A stretch of 64,000 nucleotides of DNA from Vulcanimicrobiota bacterium (lineage in GTDB: Bacteria; Vulcanimicrobiota; Vulcanimicrobiia; Vulcanimicrobiales; Vulcanimicrobiaceae): positions 44,344-108,343 of the forward strand of contig CAVZQC010000003.1 of NCBI GenBank assembly GCA_963777315.1. The letters run 5' to 3'. The translations under genes and the position numbers were made by a program. Positions 59,760-64,000 of this stretch are shown piece by piece; positions within the stretch are counted from its first letter, which is position 1, and the number at the start of each line of letters is the position of its first letter. A model generated the notes under the pieces. It made no database searches. It worked only from the letters and a program-made list of their open reading frames with translations, and had not been told where the DNA came from.

Positions 59760-61733
59760 GTGATTACCGTCATAACGCTCGACAATCCGCCGGTCAACGC
59801 GCTGTCGTTTGCATATTCCGCCGAGCTGCTCGAACGGGTTGCGTTCGCCGAAGCCGATCCGTCGGTCGACGTCGTGGTCATTACGGGAGCGAACGGCATC
59901 TTCAGTGCCGGTGCCGACATCAACGACTTTCAAGCAGAACCGCCGCAGGACGCAAAAACCGTACGCGACGTCATCGAGGCGATCGAGCGCGGGAGCAAAA
60001 CGTACGTCGCCGCCGTCGACGGCAACGCGATGGGCGGCGCGCTCGAGCTCGCGCTGGCGTGCGACTACCGCATTGCAACGCAGCGTTCGAAGCTGGGACT
60101 GCCCGAAATAACATTGGGGTTGCTGCCCGGAGCGGGCGGCACGCAGCGGCTGCCCCGTCTGATCGGTGCGCAAGATGCGCTGCAGATGATGCTCAAAGGC
60201 AATACCATCAGCGCCGAAGACGCCAAGAAAAAGGGCCTGATCGACGCGGTGTATTCGCAGGACGCCGACGTGAAGCAAGCCGCTGCGGCGTTTCAGGGCA
60301 AGCGTCGCGTTTCTGCGATGACCGTTTCGCTGGCCGGCCTGCCGGCCAACGCCGTGCCGTTCGTTATCGCGCAGGCGCACAAGCTCTGCCCGCCCGAAGA
60401 CAACGGCGGCTTTGCAGCGCACAAGGTCGTCGATGCCGTGCAGGCGGCATTCGAACTGCCTTTCGACCGCGGATTGGCCCGTGAAGCGCGGCTGTTCGAA
60501 GAACTGGTCCGTTCCAAACCCTCGCTCGCATTACGGCACGTCTTTTTTGCCGAGCGCGAGCTGTGGAAGGTCCCCACGTACCGCGGTGACGTCGCACCCG
60601 TCCAAAAGGCGGGCGTCGTCGGCGGCGGCACGATGGGCACCGGCATTGCGATCGCTTTTGCAAACGCCGGCATTCCGGTAACGGTTGTCGAGCCCAGCGC
60701 CGAGCAAATCGAAAAGGCGCGTCAGATGGTGTTCGGCATGTTCATGCATCAGGTTCGCCGCGGCCGGCTCACCCAAGAGCAAGCCTGGAAGCGGGGACAG
60801 TCCATCGTGTTTACCGGCGATTACGGCGACGTCGCGGACGCCGACGTGGTCATCGAAGCGGTCTTTGAAGACATGGACCTCAAGAAGTCGGTCTTTGCCA
60901 AACTCGCCGGCACCGCCAAAGCCCAGGCGATTCTGGCTTCGAACACGTCGACGCTCGACATCGACGAGATGGCCGCCGTGACGGGGCGGGCGGATCGGTT
61001 CTTGGGGCTGCACTTTTTTGCACCGGCGAACATCATGAAGTTGCTCGAAGTCGTTCGCGGAGCGCAGACTTCGGATTCAACCTTGGCGGTCGCCTTTGCG
61101 CTGGCGAAGACGCTGCGAAAAGTCCCAGTGCTTTCGGGCAATGCCTTCGGTTTCATCGGCAATCGAATGCTCTTCGATTACGCGCGTGAAGCGATTGGGC
61201 TCGCAGAGGAAGGCGTTGCGCCGTACCGCATCGATGCCGCGATGAAACGGTTCGGTTTCGCCATGGGGCCGTTTGCGATGTTCGATCTTTCCGGGATAGA
61301 CGTGTTTTGGCACATCAAGCGCGCGCGGCCGGACATTGCGAACGCGCGCACCGAGATTGTGGATCGGATGTACGAGATGAAGCGTCTAGGTCAAAAGACC
61401 GGCAAAGGCTTTTACCGCTACGATCCGTCCGTCGGCAACGGCCGCGAACCCATTCGCGATCCCGAAGTCGAGACGCTGTTCGCCGAACTCGCCGCCCAGG
61501 CCGGGCTTGCGCAGCATACCGGCATGTCGGATTCGCAGATAGTCGATCGGCTCACGCGCGCGCTGATCGATGCCGGTACGGGATTGCTGGAAAACGGTGT
61601 CGCGCGAGCCCCCGGCGACATCGACATTGCCTACGTGTACGGCTACGGGTTTCCGCCGCATCACGGCGGCCCGATGTGGTACGCGCAAGAAATCGGTTAC
61701 AAGGACGTGTATCGCGAGCCCGTCCATGCGTGA
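59760..61733 (+). CDS. Enoyl-CoA hydratase / 3-hydroxyacyl-CoA dehydrogenase multifunctional protein
   Basis: [53 protein letters not shown]. Confidence 0.95.
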   Translation: MITVITLDNPPVNALSFAYSAELLERVAFAEADPSVDVVVITGANGIFSAGADINDFQAEPPQDAKTVRDVIEAIERGSKTYVAAVDGNAMGGALELALACDYRIATQRSKLGLPEITLGLLPGAGGTQRLPRLIGAQDALQMMLKGNTISAEDAKKKGLIDAVYSQDADVKQAAAAFQGKRRVSAMTVSLAGLPANAVPFVIAQAHKLCPPEDNGGFAAHKVVDAVQAAFELPFDRGLAREARLFEELVRSKPSLALRHVFFAERELWKVPTYRGDVAPVQKAGVVGGGTMGTGIAIAFANAGIPVTVVEPSAEQIEKARQMVFGMFMHQVRRGRLTQEQAWKRGQSIVFTGDYGDVADADVVIEAVFEDMDLKKSVFAKLAGTAKAQAILASNTSTLDIDEMAAVTGRADRFLGLHFFAPANIMKLLEVVRGAQTSDSTLAVAFALAKTLRKVPVLSGNAFGFIGNRMLFDYAREAIGLAEEGVAPYRIDAAMKRFGFAMGPFAMFDLSGIDVFWHIKRARPDIANARTEIVDRMYEMKRLGQKTGKGFYRYDPSVGNGREPIRDPEVETLFAELAAQAGLAQHTGMSDSQIVDRLTRALIDAGTGLLENGVARAPGDIDIAYVYGYGFPPHHGGPMWYAQEIGYKDVYREPVHA

Positions 61734-62916
61734 AGCCGCAATCGTTTCGGCCGCGCGCACGCCGATCGGCAAAGCGTTTCGGGGCGCGTACAATCAAACG
61801 CACGGCGCAACGCTGGCCGGCCACGTCGTCAAGGCGGCAGTGGAACGCGCGCACATCGATCCGGCGCAGGTCGACGACGTAATTCTGGGCGTCGGGCTTC
61901 CCGAAGGCGCGACCGGAAACAATCTGGGGCGCGTAGCCGCGCTTCGCGCCGGGCTGCCGGAAAGCGTACCCGGAACGACGATCAATCGATACTGCGCTTC
62001 GGGACTGCAGGCGATTTCCGTTGCGGCGCAACGCATCTTGGTGGACGGCGCGAGCGTCGTCGTCGCCGGGGGAGCCGAATCGATCAGCATGGTGCAGAAC
62101 AACATGAACGTGCGGTTCTTTACCGAGGATTGGATGCTGCGCCACGAGCCCGACGTGTATATGCCCATGCTGCAGACGGCCGATTTCGTCGCCAAAAAAT
62201 ACGGTGTGTCGCGGCAGCGCCAAGACGAATATGCCTTGCAAAGCCAGCAGCGCACGGCGCAGGCGCAAGCGCGCGGCGCATTCGACAACGAAATCGTTGC
62301 ACTGCCGACCTGGAAGTACGTCGAAGACAAAACGGCCGGAAGCGTTCGCGAAGAGCAGGTCAGGCTCGATCGCGACGAAGGCAACCGGCCCGACACAACG
62401 CTGCAAGGTCTGCTCGCGCTCAAAGGCGTGCTGGATCCCGATTCGCCGATCACGGCGGGCAATTCATCGCAGCTGTCGGACGGCGCCGGCGCCGTGGTCG
62501 TCATGGATTCGAAAATCGCCGAGCAGCAAGGCCTACGGCCGCTGGGGTTCTATCGCGGCATGGTGGTAGTGGGCAACGCGCCGGGCGAGATGGGGATCGC
62601 GCCGGTGTATGCGATTCCAAAGCTGCTCGCCCGGCACGGACTGAGCGTCGACGACATCGGGTTATGGGAGCTGAACGAAGCGTTCGCCGTTCAAACGGTG
62701 TACGTCCGGGACACGCTCGGCATTCCGAACGAGCGTTTCAACGTCGACGGCGGAGCGATCTCGATCGGCCATCCATATGGGCTTTCAGGCGCGCGGATGA
62801 CGATGCACGCCCTCATCGAAGGGCGCAAGCGCAACGCGCGGCACGTGGTCGTTACGATGTGCATCGGCGGCGGCATGGGTGCTGCGGCGCTGTTCGAAGT
62901 GGCGCAAGACGGCTAG
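61726..62916 (+). CDS. Acetyl-CoA C-acyltransferase (thiolase)
   Basis: [25 protein letters not shown]. Confidence 0.95.
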   Translation: MREAAIVSAARTPIGKAFRGAYNQTHGATLAGHVVKAAVERAHIDPAQVDDVILGVGLPEGATGNNLGRVAALRAGLPESVPGTTINRYCASGLQAISVAAQRILVDGASVVVAGGAESISMVQNNMNVRFFTEDWMLRHEPDVYMPMLQTADFVAKKYGVSRQRQDEYALQSQQRTAQAQARGAFDNEIVALPTWKYVEDKTAGSVREEQVRLDRDEGNRPDTTLQGLLALKGVLDPDSPITAGNSSQLSDGAGAVVVMDSKIAEQQGLRPLGFYRGMVVVGNAPGEMGIAPVYAIPKLLARHGLSVDDIGLWELNEAFAVQTVYVRDTLGIPNERFNVDGGAISIGHPYGLSGARMTMHALIEGRKRNARHVVVTMCIGGGMGAAALFEVAQDG

Positions 62917-64000
62917 AGCTCCGAACCGGAGCTTTTTTCGCAGCCTTGGTCGCGGGCGGTACGTAGTGCTGATGCCAGCGCACTTGATATTCGACGGTAA
63001 ACGAACGCGGCGCTAGAGGCGTCGTCGAATAGGCAAACGTCCCGCCGCCTTGAAGCGGCATCGGATCGATGCCCTGATACGTTGCGAACAAGCCGCTGTG
63101 CGTGCCGAAGATGTTTGCTTCGAACAGCCGCAGCGTTCCGCGCGGCACCTTGACGACGATGCCGGCGTTGTACAAGGTATATCCCGGCAGATTCTGCGGA
63201 TTGTCGGCGGAAGTGAACTCGGCGTCGACCAGCCATTCCAACGGCGAATGGGGCACGATCCCGTCGAGGATCAAGCCCGCTTTATGCAATGGCACGTGTG
63301 GAATTTGCGTGCCGATTGCATAGTAACTTCCCGGCGCGTCCAAACGCGGATCCAGCGCGGAGAAATACGTGCTCGTGGTTGCGTAGCTCGGATACGCCAG
63401 CACGTCTTTGCCCAGCGGTATCTGTCCGCTGATGGTCACGCCTTGATTCACCTGCGACAACCCGGCGATGTCTTGACTCACGTACACGTGCGTGGGATCG
63501 AACGGCATCGATCCGCATTCGGTGGGTTGCGACCACACATTCTGCAGATCCGCCAGATAGGACCCGAGCCCATCGGGAAACAGCGAATCGGGCTCGCTCA
63601 ATATCGGCACGGCCGCCCGAGAATTCATCCCCGCGTAGGTGTTGCGGTAAATTTGCGCGTTGATGAAACCGCCCTTGAGCGTATGTCGCCATCCCAAGTT
63701 GTACATGGCCGAAGACTGGCGCACGGCTTGATCGGTGGGACCTTGGACGTATACCGAACGGTTGTAGCAGTCGAAATCGCCGCTGAGCGGGTCGCCCACG
63801 TTCTGCGAGAACGCGTCCGCCGGCGTCGCGCTGCCCAGACCCACACCGGCGTCAAAGACATCGTCGCGAGCGGGCTGCCAAGTGACGTCTTCATACAGCT
63901 GCAGCGACGTGCCCGCACCGGTTGCGGACGACTCGGAAATGGAATGGTCGATTGTCAGCTTGTCGTTGGCTTTGACTTTGTCTTCGACCCATATGCTGGC
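62852..64000 (-). CDS. C-terminal part of a TonB-dependent receptor-like protein (5' end outside the window)
   Basis: Frame is open to the window edge; [31 protein letters not shown] barrel-end motifs. Confidence 0.75.
   Translation of the reverse strand, partial: ASIWVEDKVKANDKLTIDHSISESSATGAGTSLQLYEDVTWQPARDDVFDAGVGLGSATPADAFSQNVGDPLSGDFDCYNRSVYVQGPTDQAVRQSSAMYNLGWRHTLKGGFINAQIYRNTYAGMNSRAAVPILSEPDSLFPDGLGSYLADLQNVWSQPTECGSMPFDPTHVYVSQDIAGLSQVNQGVTISGQIPLGKDVLAYPSYATTSTYFSALDPRLDAPGSYYAIGTQIPHVPLHKAGLILDGIVPHSPLEWLVDAEFTSADNPQNLPGYTLYNAGIVVKVPRGTLRLFEANIFGTHSGLFATYQGIDPMPLQGGGTFAYSTTPLAPRSFTVEYQVRWHQHYVPPATKAAKKAPVRSSSRLAPLRTAPQHPCRRRCTS

Overview
A 64-kb, GC-rich (roughly 60% by eye) chromosomal window from a diderm bacterium. 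The mix of TonB-dependent receptors, a Firmicutes-style topA-trmFO...hslVU order and an actinobacterial-style FHA/PP2C/RodA cluster suggests Candidatus Eremiobacterota (Vulcanimicrobiota); this is inference only. Housekeeping blocks are topA-trmFO, hslV-hslU, def-fmt-rsmB-fhaA-fhaB-PP2C-like-rodA/ftsW, an Lhr helicase, cfa, and a PadR/beta-oxidation operon. The accessory regions hold an S53 protease missed by the ORF track, a cyclase-ATPase-TPR protein, several frameshifted or decayed genes (15-22.5 kb), an ArsR/SRPBCC/VOC operon, a very basic histone-H1/protamine-like protein, TonB-dependent receptors and a 163-bp MITE-like element. The standout is a five-gene secreted DUF11 operon (4967-14848, minus strand) that includes a large predicted outer-membrane beta-barrel. 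Its motif layout has orphan N-terminal Asn strands and C-terminal DUF11 domains that lack that strand. This suggests a surface fibre assembled by donor-strand complementation with intermolecular isopeptide bonds, with its own tip, shaft, base, chaperone and translocon. Several conserved genes (cfa, fmt, probably rodA/ftsW) also appear to start at non-canonical Ile codons. I saw no rRNA, tRNA or CRISPR array. All family calls come from reading motifs; no database searches were run.
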